Below are positions 47,563 to 58,196 of a stretch of DNA of 64,000 bases, one piece after another (the first letter of the stretch is position 1; each line of letters opens with the position of its first letter). The notes under the pieces were generated by a model. That model saw nothing but the letters and a program-made list of their open reading frames with translations. It was not told the origin of the DNA and did not search any database. The stretch comes from Promethearchaeia archaeon (lineage in GTDB: Archaea; Asgardarchaeota; Lokiarchaeia; Sigyniarchaeales; SOKP01). The DNA is taken from NCBI GenBank assembly GCA_029856145.1, contig JAHQWK010000011.1, positions 64,001-128,000 of the forward strand. Reading direction: 5' to 3'. Made by a program: the position numbers and the translations under genes.

Positions 47563-49911
47563 TTAAGTTCGACACAATCTTTTTAAGAGTGTAGGATCCA
47601 CGATTTCTTTTGGCTTCCAGCCTCTTTCTTTTAGAAATTCCTGAATTTCATCTTTCATATTAATTGGGATATCTGCTTCGACTCGAACAAATTTTTCTAA
47701 ATCGTTTGGAAATTGGACACCTTTGTATTTTCTCTCTAAGTCAATCCAATGAGAAAGTTTAATCATTCTTCCTTTAGAGTTATCTGCTGGTCTCAAACAT
47801 AATTTAGCAACAAGGCAGATCGCTTGTTCAATAGATTCGGCAGTAGTTAATAGATGTTCTGGACCTGGACCAACTAGATGATCGGCAGTTCCATCTCTAG
47901 CATTATATACTTTCCAAGTATCTTCATCATCAGACCTTCCAATATACATACGCCTATATTCTGCTGAATGAGGACCACAAACCGCAGGAACTCCTACTCC
48001 GTTAGCCATGCTCGCGATACTCGCGGCTTTCTGGCTCATCGCACCCCACGCAACACCGACTGCACCTACACGATTAAGAACATAATCGGCAATCTCTTCA
48101 AAATTTCCCCTTAAAGGGCGCCTTGCGAATATATTAGCGACTTTTAAAGCTGCTCCAGTGATATGCGGATTAGAGACGCATGAACCAACATTAATTAAGC
48201 CACCTCTGTCAAAATCTCCGGGGAATCGGTCGTAAAGTGTTTTACCCTCTTCATCCTTGACTAATCCAATATCCATCGCTCCGCAACCAGAAACTACAAC
48301 GATATAATTCCTTACACAAAATTCTTCTGCCATTAAGTATAATTCTTGAATATCTTTAGCATAATTAGCACATCCTATAATTGCGACAATACCGGGTATT
48401 TCTCCTAACACAATAGGAGCCCCAACATTGCGGATTTCTGTGTCCATAATTGGACCGCGACCAGATCTACAATTATATTTTTCATTCCGAATTTTTTCTC
48501 TTCCCGCATACATGATTAAAGTTAAAGGAGATACTTCCTTCATACAATCGGCTTCACACCTACCACAATCCAAACAAGAATCATATACTTCTTCTAATAA
48601 TGAAAAATCACCATCCTTTACCATTGCCACACCTTCAACAATTGGTAAATCGTTTGGACAATTCCTCTGGCAATTGCCACAACCATTACAATTCATTGCC
48701 ATATCAATACAGCCTTGCTCATCAGGAACGGCGCTTTTAGCTTTTCTTATAGGTTTGACTTTAATAGCCGTTTCAACCGCAACTTTTCCTGCCTTTATTG
48801 GATCTAGGATTAATACCCCATCCATTTTGCCACTAACTAAATCTTCTATTATTTCTTCAGCAGGATCATTAGTTCGATCAGGTAATCCGCCCATAATTTT
48901 TTCATTTGTAGCAATAAACGGAGCATTTACTAGTTTTGCTTGCTCGTGGGCGCGAAGATTAACGCATTGTTCATCAACCATTACGACATCGGCTAGCCCA
49001 GAGCGAATGTAAAACATCTGACGGGAGAGAGAACCAACGATTTTAGCACCAGAATAGTATCTAGTTAGATCTAATGCAGTACAACAAATTGCACCTACAT
49101 CTACTTTGCTATCTAAGTTATTTTCTCTCATGTAATCAACAAGTTCTACACCGGGGGCAACATTATGACCTATCATTAGAATTGTTGCTTTATTTTCAGC
49201 ATCCATCGTGCCCATTCCTAATTCTACTATTGGAACATCTGGATCACCCATTGGAAATCCATATGCTGCAATCTGGACTGCATCAGAAATCTCCATTCCT
49301 ACTGAATCTGCTAGACCTGCTAAAAAGCTTTTAGCCTCATAGTCTAAATAATTTGACTCTTGACCCGTGTGACCCGCGGCTAAGAGATGCGTGATAGTGC
49401 TTTGTACCCACTCCATCGCAGTCTCTAAATCCTCAAGGGTCTCAGGTTTCATTCCCACTACTAATCGAGTATGTGGCATCTCTACAGCGATATTGTTTCC
49501 AAAATTAATGGGTACATTGCCATATTTCTCTTTGAGCCAATGTAGTAGATGATCACCATGAGCCGAGTGACACGCTGCACCTATACAACAGGCAATCTCC
49601 ACTATTTTTGCGCATGCACCTTCTATGTTAATACCACACGCTCCTGTTCGCCCTTTGGAAAGGTTACATTTCCCGTATGTACATAGACAACACATATCAC
49701 AGATCGGCATGTAAAACGGTTTGTACCTTTCCATCATTTTAAAAAACCATGATCGCAGCGTAGGTATATGAGGCGAGGCTGTCGGTCCAAGTGGTTCCCA
49801 TTCAGTTTCATCTCCATATGATATTTTCCCAGTAGTAAGTTCAAATCCTTTAATTGTACCGAGAGGGCCTTTATACTCATCTATTTTGATTTTAGCTCCT
49901 CTTTTTTCCAT
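47563..49911 (-). CDS. cdhA: CO dehydrogenase/acetyl-CoA synthase complex alpha subunit (archaeal ACDS CODH)
   Basis: CDMCCLCTYGKC, GAACHSAH, IGHN, ICCT, DEQC, CNGCGNCQRNCP, CLDCGRCEADC, GSCVSN, WGAMSQKA and DPT. Confidence 0.96.
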   Translation of the reverse strand: MEKRGAKIKIDEYKGPLGTIKGFELTTGKISYGDETEWEPLGPTASPHIPTLRSWFFKMMERYKPFYMPICDMCCLCTYGKCNLSKGRTGACGINIEGACAKIVEIACCIGAACHSAHGDHLLHWLKEKYGNVPINFGNNIAVEMPHTRLVVGMKPETLEDLETAMEWVQSTITHLLAAGHTGQESNYLDYEAKSFLAGLADSVGMEISDAVQIAAYGFPMGDPDVPIVELGMGTMDAENKATILMIGHNVAPGVELVDYMRENNLDSKVDVGAICCTALDLTRYYSGAKIVGSLSRQMFYIRSGLADVVMVDEQCVNLRAHEQAKLVNAPFIATNEKIMGGLPDRTNDPAEEIIEDLVSGKMDGVLILDPIKAGKVAVETAIKVKPIRKAKSAVPDEQGCIDMAMNCNGCGNCQRNCPNDLPIVEGVAMVKDGDFSLLEEVYDSCLDCGRCEADCMKEVSPLTLIMYAGREKIRNEKYNCRSGRGPIMDTEIRNVGAPIVLGEIPGIVAIIGCANYAKDIQELYLMAEEFCVRNYIVVVSGCGAMDIGLVKDEEGKTLYDRFPGDFDRGGLINVGSCVSNPHITGAALKVANIFARRPLRGNFEEIADYVLNRVGAVGVAWGAMSQKAASIASMANGVGVPAVCGPHSAEYRRMYIGRSDDEDTWKVYNARDGTADHLVGPGPEHLLTTAESIEQAICLVAKLCLRPADNSKGRMIKLSHWIDLERKYKGVQFPNDLEKFVRVEADIPINMKDEIQEFLKERGWKPKEIVDPTLLKRLCRT

Positions 49912-50103
49912 ATTTCAATTCACATTATTTTTAATTTGATTTTATATTGATTTTATGATATTTGAATATAATTAGAGTTATGGTAGATTTTATTTTAATT
50001 ATTATATTCCAAAACTCAAATTGTAATCTATATTAATTGAAAAAAGTGTGAAATTTCACTCAAATAATTTTTATCAGAAAAAGAATTAAAATTAGAATCC
50101 AGT

Positions 50104-50691
50104 TTAAAGAGTAGATAAGAAATCTGATACTGATTCTTTTGAATCTATTAATTTGTCATCTAATGTCTCTCCAATTAGGTCAAATTTGAATACGCATCTT
50201 TTATGCCCTAACAGGACACACTCAATTTCTTCAACATCGACATCAATTTTTAGCGTCTCAAACATGCCACTAAAGAGTCCTTGATAAAGCAAGCATAAGT
50301 TTTTTGCCATTATATTGTCTTTTTCCTCAGATGATAATGAATCTATTACTGTAATTAAGATGCTATTTTTTTTAAAATACCCTGTTATTTCTCCAAATCC
50401 CATAAGTTCTAATGCTTCAAGGTTCCCAAGAACGACTTCTTTTCTTGTTGCTATAGGCTCTGAGCTCCAATCTTTATTAGAGAAGAACTTTTCTACATAG
50501 TTTCGTCCAATAGTTTTACCGACCCAAACAAGGATATCATCTGCGTTAGTACCAGCAAAATCTGAGAATTCAATTAAATCAATTGGTCTTAGCATCAACA
50601 AACGTAAATCTTTCTTTTTATCACCGAAATATAATTGACCTGTTTTCTCGTCAATCATAATTTGTAAATCTTTTTTGAGTCTTTTAGACAT
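50104..50691 (-). CDS. V4R (TRAPPC3/Bet3-related fold) domain protein
   Basis: RLLML, GKTIG, MGFGEI, CLLYQGLFSG and EIECVLLGHKRCVF. Confidence 0.85.
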   Translation of the reverse strand: MSKRLKKDLQIMIDEKTGQLYFGDKKKDLRLLMLRPIDLIEFSDFAGTNADDILVWVGKTIGRNYVEKFFSNKDWSSEPIATRKEVVLGNLEALELMGFGEITGYFKKNSILITVIDSLSSEEKDNIMAKNLCLLYQGLFSGMFETLKIDVDVEEIECVLLGHKRCVFKFDLIGETLDDKLIDSKESVSDFLSTL

Positions 50692-50853
50692 TGATTATCC
50701 CTAATTTGTTATCTAAAGAGAATTATTAAGTTTTTATTTCATATAATAGAAATTTAAACGGCTAGATATTTAAATTTAATGTTTAATACATCAAATCCTA
50801 ATCTTTTATCAAATTTGAGTATTTTTTAAGTCATATCGCATTAATAATAAAAA

Positions 50854-51852
50854 TTAAGAAGAAATTAAATCAAAAATCTCTGGTATTATATTATCGATAT
50901 TAAGATTAGTTTTTACTGAAGTTAATAAGAAATTCCATTTTCTATTTTTTATATTTTTGAAATTATAGAAATTAAAAAGTTCTTTTTCTAAGTTTTGAAC
51001 TTGACTGTCATAGTCTTCTTTAGAACATTTGATTAAATCAATTTTATTACCTAATATGAGCAATGGGATGCCCTCTAATTCATCTTTATTTATTACGTTC
51101 CAGAATTCGCTGCTTGATTCCTCAAATCTTCTCTGATTAGCAATATCAATCATATAGATAATAAGATTTGAATCTTGAAGCCCTATTAACCATTTTGGTC
51201 GAAATGATTTCTGTCCGGGCATATCCCATATTGCTAATAGCCCTTTTTCTTCTACTGGGATATATTCAATATTAAATTTCCTAGTTGGAGTAAAATAATT
51301 CTCGTTAAATTCTCCTGTTTTTAATCTTCTAACTAAGCTAGATTTTCCAACTTCATCAATTCCAAATAGGAAAACTTTAAAAAATGTTTCTCTTTGAAAA
51401 TAATAATCAATTTCGTAAGGTTTCTCAATTACTTCATCACCGAACCTTCGAATATCAATAAACATAGAAATTAATAAATTATCAACTTCCATTTCATCAT
51501 CGAAGGAATATCCATTACCGTTATTCAATAATTCATTTAATAATTCTTTAAATATTTCCTTATAGTCATAAGGATTATCTTCATTATCAAAAATTAAACC
51601 TAAGATAATTTTACCATTGATACAACAAGTATATAAATTTAATTCATTGAGGAATTGAGCAATAGGCTCATTAATTGCAAATTGCTTCAAATTTAATTGT
51701 TGAGAGCATTCTTCTTTATCATGTTCTTTTATAATATTATTAACAAGTATTTTATCTTTGATACTAATAATTTCATGAGGATAACTATAGATATTAAGAT
51801 CTTCCAAATCTTGGATTTTATTTCCTTTAAATAAAAAGATGTTATATAACAA
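50854..51852 (-). CDS. Arf/Rag-like small GTPase with N-terminal longin-like domain
   Basis: GIDEVGKS, PTRKF, WDMPGQ, NKID and TSVKT; N-terminal GKIILGLIFDNEDNPYDY. Confidence 0.85.
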   Translation of the reverse strand: MLYNIFLFKGNKIQDLEDLNIYSYPHEIISIKDKILVNNIIKEHDKEECSQQLNLKQFAINEPIAQFLNELNLYTCCINGKIILGLIFDNEDNPYDYKEIFKELLNELLNNGNGYSFDDEMEVDNLLISMFIDIRRFGDEVIEKPYEIDYYFQRETFFKVFLFGIDEVGKSSLVRRLKTGEFNENYFTPTRKFNIEYIPVEEKGLLAIWDMPGQKSFRPKWLIGLQDSNLIIYMIDIANQRRFEESSSEFWNVINKDELEGIPLLILGNKIDLIKCSKEDYDSQVQNLEKELFNFYNFKNIKNRKWNFLLTSVKTNLNIDNIIPEIFDLISS

Positions 51853-52034
51853 TTATATTTCCAGAATTCTTAATTCCTATATGTTTGAAAATAAAAATAA
51901 CTTAAAAAACGTTTGGAATCTTGCTGATTTTATATCCTTTTAAAGTTTTCGGTTTAAATTATAAAAGACAATCACTCTTTTGGTATTTATAAAAGAAACT
52001 AGAAATAAATCTGTTAAAAGTGAATTAATTAAAA

Positions 52035-53501
52035 TTAGTCTTCTTTTGCTTCCCTATTATCCTCTGAAGGTTCTTCTTTTATTTCTTCAATAGATTCCTC
52101 CATTGGCTCTTCAATAAGTTCCTCCGCTGACTCTTCAATAAGTTCCTCCGTTGACTCTTCAACTGATTCTGGGGTAGGTTTCTCACTTGGTTCTGGTTCT
52201 GGTTTAACACCTACAGGAGTTTCACAAACGGGACATTGAATCCATCCGGGTCTTAAACTGTATCCACATTTAACACATTCTTTAAGACTTTCGTCTACTT
52301 TCCATTCTGGTATATCTAACCCCCCTTGTCTCTTCTTTGTTAACTCCTGTAATTCGTCTTCAGTCCAAACTTCCATTCCCTCAGGTAAACCAGTTCCTCG
52401 CTCAGTAGAGAATTTAGATAATTCCTCCTCTGTCCAGCTAGGCATGTCTGGCTGAGAAGCCATTCTTTTTTGTGCTTCTTCTGCTAGTTCTTCAGCAGTC
52501 CAAGATTTGAGTTCTTGACCTCCAGGAGTTCTAACTGTACCCGGTTGTTGAGTTGCTGCTTGTGCAGGCGTTTGAGGTAGTTGGGAGGGAACATTGCAAC
52601 ATTCAGCAGAAAATCGTAAAAGAGCTTCAAAACACCTTGAATATTTATTCGGTTCTTTGCCTTCGCCTGTTACTAATATTAAAGTAGTTTTATCTGCAGG
52701 TTGAGGTATTGCAATACTAAAGACAGCAATATCTGAAGCAATTCGTTCTGAATCAATACCAGAAGTGATTCCTTCCATTGAATTCATTAATTCGTTATCT
52801 TTCATTAAGAAATCACAAATTGGATCACCATGTCTTTGATAACTTTCATGATATTTTGCGAGATGGTTTTGTGTCATTGTAGAATCTAAAGAATTAATAA
52901 TTGCACTAACATAAGAATAAATTTGAGTTTTTGGACCCTTTATAGAATCCTCGAGTTTATAACCGCCTAAATCAAGTGCTCCCATTACAGGAGCGAATAA
53001 TGGTTTCTCATTTTGCATTTTTCCAAATATTGTTGCTCTCGAAAGGATACATTTGATTTCTCCATAGAATGCAATAGTATTATCTAAAAACTCTATTTTC
53101 TTATCAAATACTATACGAGGAACAGTCCGAAACAAAACATCAACCCAAGGCATCTCTTTTATAGGAATTATGGCTACACATGTTTTTTCGATTAATTCTT
53201 TTAACTTTTTGATATAATTTTTTAATTCTTTCTTTATATCATCGTATTCTTCATTTCCTAATTCCTCATTTGCTTTCTTCTCGAGTTCTTTAAATTTTTC
53301 CTCATTTACTTTTAAGTTTCCCCCAAAAGATTTAATTTCTCCTACAATATTATCTTTCATAATTGTAGTTGCTTTCTCAATCACTTCTTTCTGAAAATTT
53401 GAAAGTTCTTGTTCTTCACTAGAGACTAAGTATTCAGCGGGATCAAATTCTAACTTGTTTACAAATACTTGAAAAAGCTTTTTTAAAACAGTATCAGACA
53501 T
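52035..53501 (-). CDS. Hypothetical protein with three WT(A/E)(E/D)EL repeats, double CxxC zinc ribbon and acidic repeat tail
   Basis: SWTAEEL, SWTEEEL and VWTEDEL; CVKC...CPVC; EESxEELI tail. Confidence 0.75.
   Translation of the reverse strand: MSDTVLKKLFQVFVNKLEFDPAEYLVSSEEQELSNFQKEVIEKATTIMKDNIVGEIKSFGGNLKVNEEKFKELEKKANEELGNEEYDDIKKELKNYIKKLKELIEKTCVAIIPIKEMPWVDVLFRTVPRIVFDKKIEFLDNTIAFYGEIKCILSRATIFGKMQNEKPLFAPVMGALDLGGYKLEDSIKGPKTQIYSYVSAIINSLDSTMTQNHLAKYHESYQRHGDPICDFLMKDNELMNSMEGITSGIDSERIASDIAVFSIAIPQPADKTTLILVTGEGKEPNKYSRCFEALLRFSAECCNVPSQLPQTPAQAATQQPGTVRTPGGQELKSWTAEELAEEAQKRMASQPDMPSWTEEELSKFSTERGTGLPEGMEVWTEDELQELTKKRQGGLDIPEWKVDESLKECVKCGYSLRPGWIQCPVCETPVGVKPEPEPSEKPTPESVEESTEELIEESAEELIEEPMEESIEEIKEEPSEDNREAKED
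52083..52169. repeat. 24-bp (2x12) coding tandem repeat
   Basis: CTCTTCAATAAGTTCCTCCG(C/T)TGA at 52107 and 52131, with degenerate flanking units. Confidence 0.85.
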
Positions 53502-53646
53502 TTTCTTTCCCTTTTTTTCTGTTAATAATTTTGAATAAAAGATATTTATAATTATAGCAACGAAATGTATATAAAAATTTATTTGAATTACGCATAATAT
53601 ATAGGAAATAAAGATTAAGTGTTTTAATAAACTAATTCAAAGAATT

Positions 53647-54678
53647 ATGAGTGAATCAGATAAGAATTTCATTATATGTTTTATATCTACTATACCTAAA
53701 CATGTAAGAGAATATCTAGTTGAAAATTTGAAAAAAATAAATAATGTAAGGATTATATTTCGAAAAGATTCTTCAGAAGAAGAATTATTAAAACTTGTTC
53801 CATCAGCAGATATGTTGATTGGTTGGCGTCCTTCCAATAAGATTCTAAAAAATGCCACTAAGCTTAAATTATTTATCAATCCAGGAGCGGGAGTTCATCA
53901 TCTTTTGCAACTCTTTCATGAAATAAATAAAGAAAGGAAAGTTATTCTTATTAATGGTCATGGAAACTCTTATTTTGTAGCTCAACACACAGTTGCACTT
54001 TTATTGGCTCTAATGAATAAAATTATTCCTCATCATGAATGGATGCGACAAGGAAGATGGAGGACTGGAGATGAGGATGCCGCATCAATTCCGTTAAGAT
54101 TTAAAAAGGTGGGATTACTTGGATATGGAGCAATAAATCAACAAGTTCACTGTTTCTTAAGTGGTTTCGATGTTGAATTTTGTATTTTAAGAAAGCACTG
54201 GGAAAAACAAAAGGATCATCTACTTACAAAGATAAAAAGTTACAAAATCTCACAGCTTAATGAATTTCTTAAAGATATTGATATCCTCATAATTGCTGTA
54301 CCTGTAACTTCATTAACAAAGAAAATGATTGGGAAAACTGAATTAGAACTTTTGGGGCCAAAGGGGTTAATAATAAATGTTAGTAGAGGGGAAATTATTG
54401 ATGAAGAAAGTTTATTCAATGCTTTACAAGAAAATCATATACAAGGTGCTGCGATTGACGTATGGTATAACTATACTCCAGAAAGCAATAAAGAAGGAAA
54501 AAAATTTCCTTATCATTTTCCCTTCCATACCCTTGATAATATTATATTATCACCACATAGAGGTTATTCCCCTTTTAATGATTTATTAAGATGGAATGAA
54601 GTGATTGAGAATATTTCTCGAATGGCTCAGGGGCGTCAAGATTTTATTAATACAGTAAATCTGGAAGAGGAATATTAA
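53647..54678 (+). CDS. D-2-hydroxyacid dehydrogenase family
   Basis: GAGV, VAQH, GLLGYGAI, INVSRG, GAAIDVWY and SPHRG. Confidence 0.92.
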   Translation: MSESDKNFIICFISTIPKHVREYLVENLKKINNVRIIFRKDSSEEELLKLVPSADMLIGWRPSNKILKNATKLKLFINPGAGVHHLLQLFHEINKERKVILINGHGNSYFVAQHTVALLLALMNKIIPHHEWMRQGRWRTGDEDAASIPLRFKKVGLLGYGAINQQVHCFLSGFDVEFCILRKHWEKQKDHLLTKIKSYKISQLNEFLKDIDILIIAVPVTSLTKKMIGKTELELLGPKGLIINVSRGEIIDEESLFNALQENHIQGAAIDVWYNYTPESNKEGKKFPYHFPFHTLDNIILSPHRGYSPFNDLLRWNEVIENISRMAQGRQDFINTVNLEEEY

Positions 54679-55157
54679 AAAAAAATATTTTCATTTTAAA
54701 ATTCTCAAAACTTAACAAATTTTGTTATGAAATATATTTTCTCAAACATTTGGTTATTTAAATTGAAAAATTGTTTATGATTATTTAGATAAGTAAACAA
54801 TTTTGCTAGTTATAAGATTTTTTTATGGATACTTTCAACTTTAAAAGAAACTCAATATAAAATTGTTCATACATCTTTATATAATAATAAAAACTTCGAA
54901 AATATCCTTAAATTTGAGGAGTATAGAAACATTTTAAAAATTAATACATTAATATACTATTTGGAATATTTAATACATGACAAAATAGTATCTCTCTAAA
55001 TATATTAATCCGATAAAAATAAACATTTATATATTAATGTGTAATAAAATAAATTATAAAAAAAGTTGTGGTTTAAGGCGATAGTTTTAAAAAAAGGTTT
55101 AGTCAATTTGCCGATTTTTGAATTTGGCATATTTATGAAAAAATATAGTGGGTTAAA

Positions 55158-55448
55158 ATGAAAATTGTAACTGTTAACATTCCTGAATCCTATATCGATA
55201 GTATAGAAAAATTAGTGGGGGGAAATGGGCTATATCCATCTAGATCCGAGTTAATTAGAGTAGCTGTTCGAGATTTTCTTATCAGAGAACTAAAAATGGC
55301 CAACAATTTGGCTAAATATAAAGAGGCTGAAATTGAAGAATTCGATGATGAAAATTATGTAAGAGTACCAATCAAGCGATTAAATGAAAAAGATGAACCA
55401 GTTCGTGAATTTAAAACGTATAAGATTATCAAACGATTAGAATATTAA
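55158..55448 (+). CDS. Ribbon-helix-helix (CopG/MetJ) regulator
   Basis: MKIVTVNIPESYIDSIEKLV...YPSRSELIRVAVRDFL. Confidence 0.92.
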   Translation: MKIVTVNIPESYIDSIEKLVGGNGLYPSRSELIRVAVRDFLIRELKMANNLAKYKEAEIEEFDDENYVRVPIKRLNEKDEPVREFKTYKIIKRLEY

Positions 55449-55672
55449 ATTTTTTTATAATATACTCTTTATAAATTAGGTATAAGTTGGTTAGAAAAAG
55501 TTTTTTCCTTTTTTTTATTTTTTTTTGAGTATCTAAACACTCTCTAAATTCCTCAATTAAGTAAAAAATAAATACAATTAAAATAATCTTAATAAATCTA
55601 ATGTAAAAAAGATTCGAGGTAGTTTTTATTTCTAATAAATTAGAAAGCCAAGATCATTATGCGCCTAAATTC

Positions 55673-56905
55673 ATGGAATGGGGTATAATTAATAAAGAAA
55701 ATTTTGAGAATAAAACTACTTACGATGTTCCAATTAAGAGATGGGACCCTCTATCAACAGTAAGCATACGAACTGAGGATTTTGGTTTAAGAAAAGGGAA
55801 ACCAAGATATTATGGGCATTATTCTTATATTTCTCCAATTAGGGGAAAACGACCTAAAGGATTTAAGACAATAGAAGAAGAAAAGCATCTCTATGATTGT
55901 TCAAAAAAAATTGTTGGTAAATATAATGATGTATTTTCCTCAGTAATTGAAGGAAAAATAGTATATGATGATTGGGGTATGCCATTAGGAAATGGATTTA
56001 CAATTATTATTTCCGAAGATGAAAAAAGACGGGATAATCCCTTCTCAGAAGCACCACATCGAATAGATAAAATTTCAGATAAATCTAAAGCACTAACGTT
56101 AATAAATAGATATCCTTCGATGGCAAGAGTAGTAGATCCGGATATAGATAAGCATATTCAGCAAAATCTTCCTTCTCATTTGAAATTATCAAAAGGAATA
56201 AATTTAGTTAGCATTTCAAGAAGTTTCTATCCTTCTTTATGCTTTAATTTAATACCACATGGAGTTTTAGCAGGTATTTTTCTGTCAATGAGAGCAGCAA
56301 TTCTATATTGTATTGAAGAAGCTATTAATAGGGATTATTATGATATTCCTGTTATGCCATTTTTTAATATTGGAACTAAAGTTGGAGGATCCCAACCTAG
56401 AATACATAGTCAAGTTTATATCGATTTAAATATGGATGGTCATGGAAGTAGATTAGAAGGATATCTTGAAGCATTTAAAGAAATGGGGAGTAAATGTCAT
56501 CTATGTCAAACCACTCATGGGGGAACAGATAGGATTATATTAGAAACTGAATTCTGGACTTTTTACAATACTGGAAGTCCTGTAAGAAATTATCATATAA
56601 GATTTCATCCAAATGAACATTTAAGAAGATTTGCCCAATTAAAAGTTAACCAGATTGAAGATTTAGCAAAGTCTCTAAAAATTATTTTTCAAGCATTAGA
56701 CGATATTGAAATTGATAGAAACCGTAATATTTTATTTAATTGTTGTCCATATGGTTATGATGCTGATTTTCATATGTTTGCGGATATTATTCCACATGAA
56801 GTAATTGGTGGAGCTGAGATGGCTGATGATATGCGAGTTGCAAGAAAATTACCTCACGTTGCAGCAGAAGAAATTAGAAATTCGCTGAAGAAATATCTTG
56901 ATTGA
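55673..56905 (+). CDS. GalT/HIT-superfamily nucleotidyltransferase-like protein
   Basis: RWDPL, NPF, NRYP, FNIGTKVGGSQPRIHSQ (HxHxQ-like), CHLC and HMFADIIP. Confidence 0.75.
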   Translation: MEWGIINKENFENKTTYDVPIKRWDPLSTVSIRTEDFGLRKGKPRYYGHYSYISPIRGKRPKGFKTIEEEKHLYDCSKKIVGKYNDVFSSVIEGKIVYDDWGMPLGNGFTIIISEDEKRRDNPFSEAPHRIDKISDKSKALTLINRYPSMARVVDPDIDKHIQQNLPSHLKLSKGINLVSISRSFYPSLCFNLIPHGVLAGIFLSMRAAILYCIEEAINRDYYDIPVMPFFNIGTKVGGSQPRIHSQVYIDLNMDGHGSRLEGYLEAFKEMGSKCHLCQTTHGGTDRIILETEFWTFYNTGSPVRNYHIRFHPNEHLRRFAQLKVNQIEDLAKSLKIIFQALDDIEIDRNRNILFNCCPYGYDADFHMFADIIPHEVIGGAEMADDMRVARKLPHVAAEEIRNSLKKYLD

Positions 56906-57007
56906 GCATTTTACTTTCTAATGCCATAACCTTTATAATTCAAATTGAATTAGATTTATATCTATTAAATATGTTACATATTTGAAAATTTCCATGAGGT
57001 ACCAATA

Positions 57008-58156
57008 TTGAGAGAATGGTCTGCTATAATCTTGGCAGGTGGTAAAGGCAAACGGTTAATGCCTTTAACTTCACAAGTTCCAAAACCTCTAGTTAAGGTT
57101 ACAAATGTTCCTATGGTCGATTATGCGATTGCACATTTATTGTATGCTAATATAAAACATATTATTATAGCATTAGCATATATGGGTAAAGAAATGAAAG
57201 AATACATCAAAAAAACATGGACAAAAGACAAATTGGGAGACGTGGAATTAGAATGTGAGATTCAAGAGAGTAGAGGTACCGCAGATGCGTATAGGCTTTT
57301 AACCGATCAAATAGACTCTGAAAAAATTGTAGTTTCAATGGCAGATATTGTAACAAACCTTCCAATGAAACGTTTCATGGAATTTCACTCTGAAAAAGGG
57401 GGATTAGCTACTATTTCAATGAAAACTATTGCCAGTCATATATCTCAATATGGTGTAGTACTATTAGATGATAATAGGAAGATTTACCTTTTTTTAGAAA
57501 AACCTGCACCGATGGAATTATATTTAAGCAGTATGTCTCAACGAGAAGATCTTTTTTTACATACAAATGTTGCCAACACAGGTATATACTGTTTTAAAAA
57601 AGAAATTGGAGATATCCTTCATGAAACAGGTTTAATGGATTTTGGTGGCGAAGTCTTTCCCTATTTGCTTGAAAACAAATATGATTTATTTGGGTTTGTT
57701 GAGGATTATTATTGGATGGATGCAGGAAATTCTACTACCTATTTATGGGCGAATTGGGATCTTTTACGTAAATATGCATGGCCAATTTTACCCAAAGGAG
57801 TTGATTATGATGGAATTTATATAGAGGGTGTAATAAATTCTGGACAAAATATCGTAATCGAGAAACCAACTTGTTTTGGGGAATTTGTTCAATTAGAGAA
57901 TCGTGTAAAGATCAAAGAATTAACATCTATTGGAAATAATGTAACAATCGGAGAAGATACTATAATAGAGAAGAGTGCAATATGGGATGAAATTAAAATT
58001 GGTGCTGGATGTATTATAACAGAAAGTATAATTTGTAATAATTGTGAAATCGGAGATAATGTAGTTTTAGAGAGAGCGATTATTGCACCAAATTGTAAGA
58101 TCAGTAGTAACTCTCAAATCAGAGATAAAACAATAGAGCTTGGAAGAGAAATATAA
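57008..58156 (+). CDS. NDP-sugar pyrophosphorylase (M1P-guanylyltransferase/GlgC-like) with left-handed beta-helix C-terminus
   Basis: ILAGGKGKRLMPLT...PKPL, GTAD, YGVV, FLEKP, NTGIY, DFGGEVFP, YWMDAG and hexapeptide repeats. Confidence 0.9.
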   Translation: MREWSAIILAGGKGKRLMPLTSQVPKPLVKVTNVPMVDYAIAHLLYANIKHIIIALAYMGKEMKEYIKKTWTKDKLGDVELECEIQESRGTADAYRLLTDQIDSEKIVVSMADIVTNLPMKRFMEFHSEKGGLATISMKTIASHISQYGVVLLDDNRKIYLFLEKPAPMELYLSSMSQREDLFLHTNVANTGIYCFKKEIGDILHETGLMDFGGEVFPYLLENKYDLFGFVEDYYWMDAGNSTTYLWANWDLLRKYAWPILPKGVDYDGIYIEGVINSGQNIVIEKPTCFGEFVQLENRVKIKELTSIGNNVTIGEDTIIEKSAIWDEIKIGAGCIITESIICNNCEIGDNVVLERAIIAPNCKISSNSQIRDKTIELGREI

Positions 58157-58196
58157 ATTTTATTGATATTATTAATAAAATGAAAGATAATCCATA

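Noticed and set aside
47563-49911. Higher GC of cdhA as evidence of horizontal transfer
   Set aside because: Gly/Ala/Cys-rich composition and the codon usage of a highly expressed core gene explain it; there are no mobility signatures
52083-52169. Repeat array as a possible CRISPR
   Set aside because: The units abut with no unique spacers, are in frame within a CDS, and no cas genes are present
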